Source: Thermoplasmata archaeon | Lineage (GTDB): Archaea > Thermoplasmatota > Thermoplasmata > Lutacidiplasmatales > UBA184 | Assembly: GCA_021816865.1 (NCBI GenBank) | Contig: JAKAWX010000001.1 | Span: 40,794 to 104,793 of the forward strand | DNA: 64,000 nt | Direction of reading: 5' to 3' | Part shown: in pieces, positions 25,222 to 32,561 of the stretch | Layout of the letters: every line of letters begins with the position of its first letter | Position numbering within the stretch: position 1 is the first letter of the stretch | Translations under genes and position numbers: made by a program | Notes under the pieces: generated by a model | What the model saw: the letters and a program-made list of their open reading frames with translations, nothing else | Told to the model about the DNA's origin: nothing | Database searches by the model: none

Positions 25222-25245
25222 GGGCGCCGCTCCCCTCGCTCGGGT

Positions 25246-25365
25246 GCTGAGGTAGCCTAGCTCGGCCAAGGCGCCAGATTCGAGATCTGGTGATGCGTAT
25301 GCATCGCGGGAGTTCAAAAGGCGTCCGGGAATCCCCCCGGGCGGCAGGGAGTCTCCCCCTCAGCG
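25246..25365 (+). tRNA. tRNA-Ser (anticodon CGA) interrupted by a ~33-nt insertion in the T-loop
   Basis: Hand fold. Acceptor GCTGAGG/CCTCAGC (7/7 bp). D-arm GCC-TAGCTCGGCCAA-GGC. Anticodon arm CCAGA-TTCGAGA-TCTGG. Variable arm GATGC-GTA-GCATC. T-stem GGGAG (25308-25312) pairs with CTCCC (25353-25357) only after removing about 25319-25351. Discriminator G. Confidence 0.8.
25319..25351 (+). other. Non-canonical tRNA intron (T-loop position); boundaries +/-1-2 nt
   Basis: AGGCGTCCGGGAATCCCCCCGGGCGGCAGGGAG is inserted after TTCAAA. Its 5' part (AGGCGYCCGGGARTYCC) resembles the insertion in the other tRNA-Ser. Confidence 0.65.
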
Positions 25366-25388
25366 CTTCCCCTTCCTCCGTCCGGGTC

Positions 25389-25592
25389 GTGCTCGAGATC
25401 ACCCGGGGTTCGTCCGTCGACCGACGCGACCATGTGGTCGATTCGGGGACGAGCGTTCGCGCGGTGCTCCGCCGGGCCGGGCAGCCCGGCGAAGGCTGCG
25501 CCGTCCTGCTCGACGGCACGCCGATCCCCCTGGACACCCCGATCGACCGTGCGCTGACGCTCGTGGTCGTGCCGACGTTCTCGGGCGGGTGA
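25389..25592 (+). CDS. Ubiquitin-like beta-grasp protein with C-terminal Gly-Gly (SAMP/ThiS/MoaD family)
   Basis: 3' part of ORF 25290..25592, whose 5' part overlaps the tRNA. GTG at 25389 gives a 67-aa product (M)LEITRGSS...ALTLVVVPTFSGG ending in GG immediately before the stop. Start uncertain. Confidence 0.65.
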   Translation: MLEITRGSSVDRRDHVVDSGTSVRAVLRRAGQPGEGCAVLLDGTPIPLDTPIDRALTLVVVPTFSGG

Positions 25593-25690
25593 CTCCGGCG
25601 AGGCGTAAAACTCCGGCCGGCGGGTCCGTTCGCCGAACGCAAGCCCTTAAGGTCACGGCCACCGTTTCTCACACCGCATAGGGTCGCACC

Positions 25691-26917
25691 TTGCCGTCGA
25701 GCTGTCCCATTTGCGAACAACCGATCGCCTCCACCGCGGCCCACTGCTCGGTGTGCGGGTTCCCGACGGCGCTCGCGATCGAAGGGCTCCGGTCTCTCGG
25801 CGGGTTCGACGGACCGCCGGCCGCCGCGGGGTCCACGTCGCCCGCCGCCTCGGTCGCGGGGCTGCGCCCGAAGGCTCCGACGCCGGCCCCGTCGCCCGAG
25901 GAGGAGCTCAACACGGCGATCAGCCGGGACCTGAGGGCCCGCATGCAGTTCGCCCGCGAGCTCGGCCAGGGCCCCGACCTCACGTCCGAGCTCTGCCACG
26001 CCGCGCTCAGCGAGGCGGAAGGACGGAGCGCGGAGGCGCTCGACATCCTCCGGTCCGCGCAAGGTCGCTACGAGGCGGAGACGGACGAGGTGCTCCAGCA
26101 CCGGCTCGCGACGTTGCGCGAGCGGCAGGACCTTCTCGAGAAGACCGGTGTGCGGTTCGCGCTCGACACCGACTTAGACCGCATCGGCGACGCGAAGCGT
26201 TCGGAGGACCAGGGGGCGGCGATCGCGCTCCTCCTCCAGGCCGAGCGCCGTGTGGGGCAGCTCGAGTCCGACTGGAAAGGGCTCCAGGGTCTCCTCGCCC
26301 AGATCGAGAGCCTGCGGAACGAGGCGCTCGAGCTCGGCATCCCGCTCGGGGAGATCTCGGGGGAGCTCGATGCGATCCACGACCGCCTCCGCACCACCGA
26401 GGTGACCGAGGAGGCGCTCGACTCGTTCGCGCAGGAGGCCGCGCAGGTCCTGATGCTCCTGCACGAAGCGATCCCCGCAGGCCTCGCCCAGGAGCTCACG
26501 AGGCACGAGGAGGCGCTCTCCCGGTTCCCCGAGGACCACGCCCCGAGCGCGGGGGCGCGTCGCCTCGCGCTGGACGTCTCCCGCCATCTCACGAAAGGTC
26601 GGCTCTCCGAAGCCGTCCAGAGCGTCCGCGACCTCCGCCAGGCGATCGCCGAGCTCGAACGGGCGCCCGGACCGGCCCGCGGCGAGCCGGGAGCCTCGCA
26701 TGAGTCCGACGACGAGGCGCTCAACCGTCTCCTCAAGAAGGCCCGGAGCCTGGCGGGCCGCATCCGCACGCTGGCCCCCGACAGCGAGGCCGCGCGGGAC
26801 GCGGCGGTCCAGATCCGCGAGGCGACCGAGCTCTTGCGCGACCGGCAGCTCGAGGAAGCCGACCTCACCCTCACCCGGTTGATGCGGATGCTCGCGAGCG
26901 AGTCGCCGAGGACCTAG
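25691..26917 (+). CDS. N-terminal zinc-ribbon + long alpha-helical protein
   Basis: ORF track, 408 aa, TTG start. CPICEQPI...CSVCGFP ribbon, a Pro/Ala linker, then ~330 aa of Glu/Arg/Leu/Ala-rich helical sequence. Confidence 0.7.
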   Translation: MPSSCPICEQPIASTAAHCSVCGFPTALAIEGLRSLGGFDGPPAAAGSTSPAASVAGLRPKAPTPAPSPEEELNTAISRDLRARMQFARELGQGPDLTSELCHAALSEAEGRSAEALDILRSAQGRYEAETDEVLQHRLATLRERQDLLEKTGVRFALDTDLDRIGDAKRSEDQGAAIALLLQAERRVGQLESDWKGLQGLLAQIESLRNEALELGIPLGEISGELDAIHDRLRTTEVTEEALDSFAQEAAQVLMLLHEAIPAGLAQELTRHEEALSRFPEDHAPSAGARRLALDVSRHLTKGRLSEAVQSVRDLRQAIAELERAPGPARGEPGASHESDDEALNRLLKKARSLAGRIRTLAPDSEAARDAAVQIREATELLRDRQLEEADLTLTRLMRMLASESPRT

Positions 26918-26919
26918 CG

Positions 26920-28071
26920 ATGAGCGGCGACACCTCCGTGGACGATACCCCCCTGCGCCCGCGGCTCGAGGCGCTGGTCGCTCAGGGACGCGCGCTGGAG
27001 ACGGAGGGGCTGCCGTTCCCGACCGATCAGGTCGTGCGGGCGTTCGACCAGGCGATGGCCGAGCGGGCGCCAGCCCAGGCGACGACGGTCCTCCGGCGCG
27101 CCGAGGCGCTGCTCGCCCGGGTCCGGACCGACTGGACCTGGGTCCGTGAGCTCCTCCGCCGCGTCGACGAACTGCGCGCCGTCGCCGAGACGATCGGCGT
27201 CGACGTCGCGCACCTCGACCACCGGGTCGGGAATCCCCGCGAACACCTCGCGAGCGAGCCGCTCAGCGCCGGGTCCCTTGAAAAAGCCGCGGCGAGCGCG
27301 TCGCTCGCCCTCGCCGTGCTCAACGACGCGGTCCCGAAGTTCATCGTCAGGGAGGCCGAGCCGCTCGGTGCGTCGATCCGCCGCGCCCGCGACCGCGGCG
27401 AGGATGTCCGGGAGCCGGCGAAGTCGTTCGCCCTCCTGCTCCAGGCGGTCCAGGACCACAACGTCCCGACCGCGGCCCAGCGCCTGGTCGAGACCCGACG
27501 CAGCGTCGCCCGCATCCCGCGCGCGCCGCCGATGCCCGCGATCTCCCCGAAAGAGGAGGAGGAGATCCTTAGCGAGGCCCGGAACCTGGCCCGCCGGCTC
27601 CAGCAGATCAAGGGAAAGGCGCGCAACGCGCAGAGCGCCGCGCGTCTGATGGCGCAGGTCCGCGCCGCGATCAGCGAGGAGCGACGGTACGGGACCCCCG
27701 AGGAGGAGATCGAGGCGCTCTGGGCCGAGGTCGACCGGATCACGAAGGAGAAGAAGCGCGCGAGCGCGGGCCCGCCGCTCGCCCCAGTTCCCGAGGCCGA
27801 CGGGTCCGAGAGCCTTTCGGATCCGATCCTCGCCGACCGGGCGCCTGCCGAACCCGCGGCGAACCCGCCGGCTAGGCCTGCGCCCGGCACGAACGACACG
27901 GAGACGGCCGACCGCCCGGAGGAGCCCGAGGACGCCGACGAGCGGCTCTACCGCTCGTCCCTGTACGTGCCGTACGCTCCCCCCGACTACCCCGCCCCCG
28001 GCGGGGAGGAGGCGACCGCGTCGGCCGAGGCGCTCGGACGCGGACGTCCGAGACCCCGGGGTCGCCCGTAA
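26920..28071 (+). CDS. Alpha-helical protein with acidic Pro-rich C-terminal tail
   Basis: ORF track, 383 aa. The ATG lies 2 nt after the preceding stop. Helical repeats, then PAEPAANPPARPAPGTNDTETADRPEEPEDADE and a YVPYAPPDYPAPGG tail. Confidence 0.7.
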   Translation: MSGDTSVDDTPLRPRLEALVAQGRALETEGLPFPTDQVVRAFDQAMAERAPAQATTVLRRAEALLARVRTDWTWVRELLRRVDELRAVAETIGVDVAHLDHRVGNPREHLASEPLSAGSLEKAAASASLALAVLNDAVPKFIVREAEPLGASIRRARDRGEDVREPAKSFALLLQAVQDHNVPTAAQRLVETRRSVARIPRAPPMPAISPKEEEEILSEARNLARRLQQIKGKARNAQSAARLMAQVRAAISEERRYGTPEEEIEALWAEVDRITKEKKRASAGPPLAPVPEADGSESLSDPILADRAPAEPAANPPARPAPGTNDTETADRPEEPEDADERLYRSSLYVPYAPPDYPAPGGEEATASAEALGRGRPRPRGRP

Positions 28072-28084
28072 TCCTTATATAGGT
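28072..28084 (+). promoter_or_regulatory. TATA box for gar1-tfb
   Basis: TCCTTATATAGGT is centred about 28 nt upstream of the TTG start at 28106. Confidence 0.5.
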
Positions 28085-28088
28085 ATCG

Positions 28089-28108
28089 CAAGTGGTTTAT
28101 ACCACTTG
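28089..28108 (+). promoter_or_regulatory. Perfect 7-bp inverted repeat around a second TTTATA element, overlapping the gar1 start
   Basis: CAAGTGG-TTTATA-CCACTTG. The right arm contains the TTG start codon at 28106. Confidence 0.4.
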
Positions 28109-28372
28109 TCGCGAGGCGGCGACCGCTCGGCATCCCCCGACGTCGGGACGGTCCTCGCGGTCACTCCCACCGGTCAGTTCACGGTCCGCTCGCGGTCCGC
28201 GGACGTCGCACCGGAGGGGACGCTGGTGCGGGACGCGCGGGGCACCGTGCGCGGTCGGGTCGTCCGGGTCTTCGGTCCGGTCGCCCGACCCTACCTTACG
28301 GTACGCCCGCGGCGCCCCCCAACGCCCGCCGAGGGTCTCGCGCTCCTCGGCACGACCCTGATCCGAGAGTAG
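28106..28372 (+). CDS. gar1: H/ACA RNP component Gar1
   Basis: ORF track, 88 aa. GRVVRVFGPVARPYLTV matches the Gar1 core motif (vFGPv..PY..v). Located directly upstream of tfb, the conserved archaeal arrangement. Confidence 0.8.
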   Translation: MSRGGDRSASPDVGTVLAVTPTGQFTVRSRSADVAPEGTLVRDARGTVRGRVVRVFGPVARPYLTVRPRRPPTPAEGLALLGTTLIRE

Positions 28373-28383
28373 GTGGGTAGAGA

Positions 28384-29352
28384 ATGCCGAACGGCGAAGC
28401 TCCGACGAACCCGGAAAAGCGCTCGGCCACCGCGGAGGACGTCGTCGTCGCCACCCGATGCACGAGTTGCGGATCGAACCACCTGACGCGCGACTACGAA
28501 CGGGGGGAGCTCGTCTGCGACGAGTGCGGCCTCGTCCTCGAGGAGTCGATGATCGACCAGGGCCCGGACTGGCGGGCGTTCGACGCCGAGCAGGGCGAGA
28601 AACGCGCCCGCACGGGCGCCCCGACGACGTTGACGATCCACGACAAGGGCCTCTCGACCGAGATCGGCTGGAAGAACCGCGACCCGTACGGGAAATCGAT
28701 CCCGACCCGCAACCGGGCGCAGCTCTACCGCCTGCGCAAGTGGCAACGGCGCATCCGGGTCTCCAACGCGACCGAGCGAAACCTCGCGTTCGCGCTGGCC
28801 GAGCTCGACCGCATCGCGTCGGGGATGGCGCTCCCGCGCAACGTGCGCGAGACCGCCGCGATGATCTACCGTAAGGCGGTCAACCGCAACCTCATCCGGG
28901 GCCGCTCGATCGAGGGCGTCGTCGCCGCGTCGCTCTACGGGAGCTGCCGCCAGTGCAACGTCCCGCGAACGCTCGACGAGATCGCCTCGAAATCGCGGAT
29001 CGGTCGCAAGGAGATCGGGCGGACGTACCGATTCATGACCCGCGAGCTCCACCTCAAGCTGATGCCGACGAGGCCGCAGGACTACATCCAGCGGTTCTGC
29101 TCGGAGCTGAAGCTCAAGGGCGAGATCCAGACGCGCGCGAACGAGATCCTCAAGGAGGCGACCGAGCGCGAGCTGACGAGCGGTCGGGGCCCGACCGGCG
29201 TCGCCGCGGCGGCGATCTACATCGCGAGCGTCCAGTGCGGGGAGCGGCGGACCCAGCGCGAGGTCGCCGAGGTCGCCGGCGTCACGGAAGTGACGATCCG
29301 CAACCGCTACAAGGAGCTCACCGAGAAGCTCAACCTTCGGGTGATGCTCTAG
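28384..29352 (+). CDS. tfb: Transcription initiation factor IIB (TFB)
   Basis: ORF track, 322 aa. Zn ribbon CTSCGS...CDECGLV, B-finger region DQGPDWRAF, and two cyclin folds ([33 protein letters not shown]). Confidence 0.97.
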   Translation: MPNGEAPTNPEKRSATAEDVVVATRCTSCGSNHLTRDYERGELVCDECGLVLEESMIDQGPDWRAFDAEQGEKRARTGAPTTLTIHDKGLSTEIGWKNRDPYGKSIPTRNRAQLYRLRKWQRRIRVSNATERNLAFALAELDRIASGMALPRNVRETAAMIYRKAVNRNLIRGRSIEGVVAASLYGSCRQCNVPRTLDEIASKSRIGRKEIGRTYRFMTRELHLKLMPTRPQDYIQRFCSELKLKGEIQTRANEILKEATERELTSGRGPTGVAAAAIYIASVQCGERRTQREVAEVAGVTEVTIRNRYKELTEKLNLRVML

Positions 29353-29445
29353 AGGAGTCCGGTGCCCGCCGGCGTGGAACGGCGCGCGATACGGCGGCGC
29401 ACCCCGGGGCGCAGGCCCTAAATCGGACCGGACGCTGGGCGGTCC

Positions 29446-29850
29446 ATGGCACGCGGGATCGACGTCGGGATCTATCTTCGGCCGGGAATCCCCGACGAGG
29501 CGTTCGTCGCCGGAGCGCTCGGCAACCTGGCCGCGCTCCAACTCGAGCGGGAGCGCGGAGAAGCGCTCGAGTGGCAGGTCCTCCGGGTCGAGGGGAGCCG
29601 CCCCCACCATTACCGCCTGGTCGTGCGCCATCCCGCGCGGGCGCTCGATTTCGGTCTCCGGGGGAACCTCGGCCGCGTGCTCGACCAGCTCTCGGCCGAG
29701 AGCTCGGAGGAGCTCCGGGCGCGATTGCGGGCTGCGGTCGCCGCGGGGGCGAAGCCGGTGGCGCTGCGCACGGTCCGCGACGAGGTCGACTTCTGGCAGG
29801 ACGACTTCTGGACGTTCCTCGGCGGACCGATGGGGTTCGGCCCGATCTGA
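29446..29850 (+). CDS. Hypothetical protein
   Basis: ORF track, 134 aa. CCTAAATCGG TATA-like element lies 25 nt upstream of the ATG. Balanced amino-acid composition. No family recognised. Confidence 0.5.
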   Translation: MARGIDVGIYLRPGIPDEAFVAGALGNLAALQLERERGEALEWQVLRVEGSRPHHYRLVVRHPARALDFGLRGNLGRVLDQLSAESSEELRARLRAAVAAGAKPVALRTVRDEVDFWQDDFWTFLGGPMGFGPI

Positions 29851-29914
29851 CCGGGAGGCCGCGTCCCTGCCGCATCACCGGGTCACCCTCGTCGCGGACC
29901 AGGACGCGGGCTGG

Positions 29915-30349
29915 GTGTTCGTCACCGAACCGGACGAGCCGCTCGCGCGATGGCTCACGGCCGGTGCGGAACGGGACTGGGGGGACGCACGGACCCTCGG
30001 GATGGCCCCGGGCCAGCCGGTCCTCTTCCTCCGGGCCGGGGGATCCGGGGCGTGGTGGGTCGGTTCGGGGAGGGTCGTCGAGGTCACCGAGCGGTGGAAG
30101 GCGTTCGGCGTCCGCACCCGGTGCGTGCGCCGGTCCTCGCCGCCGATACCGGCGGTACCGCCCGACGCCGTCCCGACCTCGGGTCCGGTCGCGTGGGAGA
30201 ACCGCGCGCTCGCCGCCCGGCTGGGGCTCGACCGGTTCCGCAGCCGCACGCCGTACCTCGACGCCTCGCGGGCGATGCGACTGACGAGCCTCGACCTCGA
30301 CCGCCTCGAGCAGATCCAGCCTCGGCTCGTAGCCCTCTGGCCGGAGTGA
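29915..30349 (+). CDS. Hypothetical protein (possibly PUA/EVE-like fold; weak)
   Basis: ORF track, 144 aa, GTG start. GQPVLFLRAGGSGAWWVGSGRVVEV faintly resembles PUA-like domains. Not assignable by eye. Confidence 0.4.
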   Translation: MFVTEPDEPLARWLTAGAERDWGDARTLGMAPGQPVLFLRAGGSGAWWVGSGRVVEVTERWKAFGVRTRCVRRSSPPIPAVPPDAVPTSGPVAWENRALAARLGLDRFRSRTPYLDASRAMRLTSLDLDRLEQIQPRLVALWPE

Positions 30350-30494
30350 GCCGTCGGGGGACCGCTTCCGAGTTCCTGGCCCGCGACCGCTCGGCCGCGC
30401 GGCACCGCCGCGCGAGCACCCCCCGGGGTCCCCCATGCGCTCGCTCCGGCGCAACCGTCTTCTAATCGCTTCCGGTCGTGCGGGCGTGGCGCGG

Positions 30495-31145
30495 ATGCTC
30501 TCGGTCGGGGTCCTCGTTTCGGGCGAAGGCACGACGCTCGACGCGCTCGCCGAGCTCGCGCTCGGCCATCATCTGCCCGCGCGGATCGCGCTGGTCGTCT
30601 CCGACCGCCCGCACGCGCCGGCGATCGAGAAGGCACGACGGCGAGGGCTCCCGACGCTCGTGCTCCCGTCGCGGGGGGTCGACCCCCGGGGATGGGGAGA
30701 CCGGCTGACCGAGGCGCTCGAGTCGCACGGGGTCGAGCTCGTCCTCCTCGCGGGCTTTCTCACGATCCTCCCGGACGACTGGGTCCGGCGCTGGCGCGGC
30801 CGCGCCGTGAACCTCCACCCGTCGCTCCTCCCGAAGTACGGCGGGCCCGGCATGTACGGGCCGCGCGTCCACCGGGCCGTCCTGGCCGCCGGCGACGCGG
30901 AGAGCGGGGCGACCGTCCACCTCGTCACCGGGGACGTCGACGCGGGACCGCCGATCGCCCAGGCGCGGATCCCCGTCCTCCCCGGCGACACGCCCGAAAC
31001 CCTCCGGGCGCGGTTGCACCCGGTCGAGGTCGAGCTCGTCGCCGAGACGCTCCGACGGTTCGCCGACGGGAGTTACCCGCTCCCTCACCCCGGTCGCGAA
31101 GAGTCGGCCGTGCGCGGACCCGGCGGGTCCGACCGGCCCCGGTGA
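30495..31145 (+). CDS. purN: Phosphoribosylglycinamide formyltransferase
   Basis: ORF 30435..31145 trimmed to the internal ATG (MLSVGVLVSGEGTTL). Motifs: AGFLTIL, NLHPSLLPKYGG, GATVHLVTGDVDAGP. Confidence 0.85.
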   Translation: MLSVGVLVSGEGTTLDALAELALGHHLPARIALVVSDRPHAPAIEKARRRGLPTLVLPSRGVDPRGWGDRLTEALESHGVELVLLAGFLTILPDDWVRRWRGRAVNLHPSLLPKYGGPGMYGPRVHRAVLAAGDAESGATVHLVTGDVDAGPPIAQARIPVLPGDTPETLRARLHPVEVELVAETLRRFADGSYPLPHPGREESAVRGPGGSDRPR

Positions 31146-31576
31146 ACCGATCCGGGGCTTTCGCCGTGGAAGAGGTCGGCGAGCGGCGTCGGTCGGAGCG
31201 GCAGCTCCGAGCGCACGCGATGCCGGGTCGTCTTCGGCGGGTAGAGGGCCCCCGAACGGGCGCGCCGGACGACCTCGGCTTTCGTGATCGGGAGGCCCGG
31301 ACGCCACGGTTCGAGCGAGACGATGTCGGTCTCGTAGTCGAGGACCCACGCGGGCGCGCGGACCGCGCGCAGCCGCTTGAGCGCCTCCACCCGGTGGTGG
31401 CCGTTCAGGATCACGAACGAGCCCCGCGCCACCCAGATCGGATCGGCGAAGACTCCGGTGCGGCGGATCTCCTCGACGAGCTCCGCCACGTTCGCCTCTT
31501 CGACCTCCTCGTGGGCGCGCAGGCGCTCGATCGGCACGAGCACGAACTCGGGTTCGTGCGACGCGGACGGCGTCAT
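31085..31576 (-). CDS. ParB/sulfiredoxin-like N-terminal-domain protein
   Basis: C-terminal 163 codons of ORF 31085..32134. The ATG at 31576 overlaps the upstream stop (ATGA). Motifs: LVPIERLRAHEEV and ILNGHHRVEALKRL. The 3' end overlaps convergent purN by 61 nt. Confidence 0.65.
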   Translation of the reverse strand: MTPSASHEPEFVLVPIERLRAHEEVEEANVAELVEEIRRTGVFADPIWVARGSFVILNGHHRVEALKRLRAVRAPAWVLDYETDIVSLEPWRPGLPITKAEVVRRARSGALYPPKTTRHRVRSELPLRPTPLADLFHGESPGSVHRGRSDPPGPRTADSSRPG

Positions 31577-32556
31577 CCCGCCGACCCCTCTCGGGCCTCG
31601 GCCAGCGCGCGCCGCACGTAGACGCCGACCATCCGGCGCCGGTAGTCCGGAGGCAGGAAGGTGTTGTGGACCGGACGGACGCGACGTTGCACCTCGTCGG
31701 CGAGGCGATTCACGGTCTCGGGGGTGAGCGGCGCCCCGACGAGGGGGTCGGTCAGGTCGTCGAAGCGTCGCGGCAACGTCTCGACCCCGCCGACCGCGAG
31801 CCGCAACGACCGCACGCGGTCCGAGTCCCACGCACCGGCGACCGCTACGCCCAGTTCCGGGAAGTCGTAGGACGGTCGCACCCGGAGCTTCTTGTAGCGC
31901 GCCCGCCGGCCCGGGGCCCCCGGCGGCAAGTGGACGGCGACCAGCAGGTCGCCCGGCGCAAGCCGCGTGCGTCGGATCCCGTCCCCGGCCGGGTCGTAGA
32001 GCGCCCCGAGCGGCAGGCGGCGGCGCCCCGTCGGACCGGCCACCTCCACCTCCGCGTCCAGCACGAGGAGCGCCGGCGCGAGGTCGCCCGAGAACGTCGC
32101 GTAGCACCGTTCGGCCTGGGGCACGACGTGGCAACGGTCCCCGTCGGCCTTCAGGCAGAACCCGAGGCTCGAACGCCAGAAGTAGCTCTGGTTGAAGAAG
32201 AAGCAGCGCGTGTCGACCAGGAGGTTCCCCCCGACGGTTCCGCTCGAGCGCACGAGCGGCGTCGCGACCTCGCCGATCGCGTCCGAGAGGCCCGGGTGGA
32301 CCCGGCCGAACGCGCGGTCGGCCTCGAGGTCGGCGAGCCGCTCCATCGCGCCGAGCCGCGTCTCGGAATGACCGCGAAGCTCGCCCACGTCCTCGAGGGC
32401 GACCAGGTGCGGTTTCGCGTTGAGGTGCATCTTGTAGTTGGGGAGGAGGTCCGTGCCTCCGGCCAGGTAGTCGAAGCGGCCGGCGAGCTCGGTCGCGAGC
32501 CGCACGACCTCGTCGACCGTCGTCGGCCGGTGGAGCTCGAACGGGTCGAGGTGCAC
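31573..32556 (-). CDS. Molybdenum hydroxylase FAD-binding (medium, CoxM/XdhB-like) subunit
   Basis: In-frame 327 codons of ORF 31573..34740 from the GTG at 32556. Motifs: YLAGGTDLLPNYK, TVGGNL, and a CO dehydrogenase flavoprotein C-terminal-like region. Confidence 0.85.
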   Translation of the reverse strand: MHLDPFELHRPTTVDEVVRLATELAGRFDYLAGGTDLLPNYKMHLNAKPHLVALEDVGELRGHSETRLGAMERLADLEADRAFGRVHPGLSDAIGEVATPLVRSSGTVGGNLLVDTRCFFFNQSYFWRSSLGFCLKADGDRCHVVPQAERCYATFSGDLAPALLVLDAEVEVAGPTGRRRLPLGALYDPAGDGIRRTRLAPGDLLVAVHLPPGAPGRRARYKKLRVRPSYDFPELGVAVAGAWDSDRVRSLRLAVGGVETLPRRFDDLTDPLVGAPLTPETVNRLADEVQRRVRPVHNTFLPPDYRRRMVGVYVRRALAEAREGSAG

Positions 32557-32561
32557 CGGTC

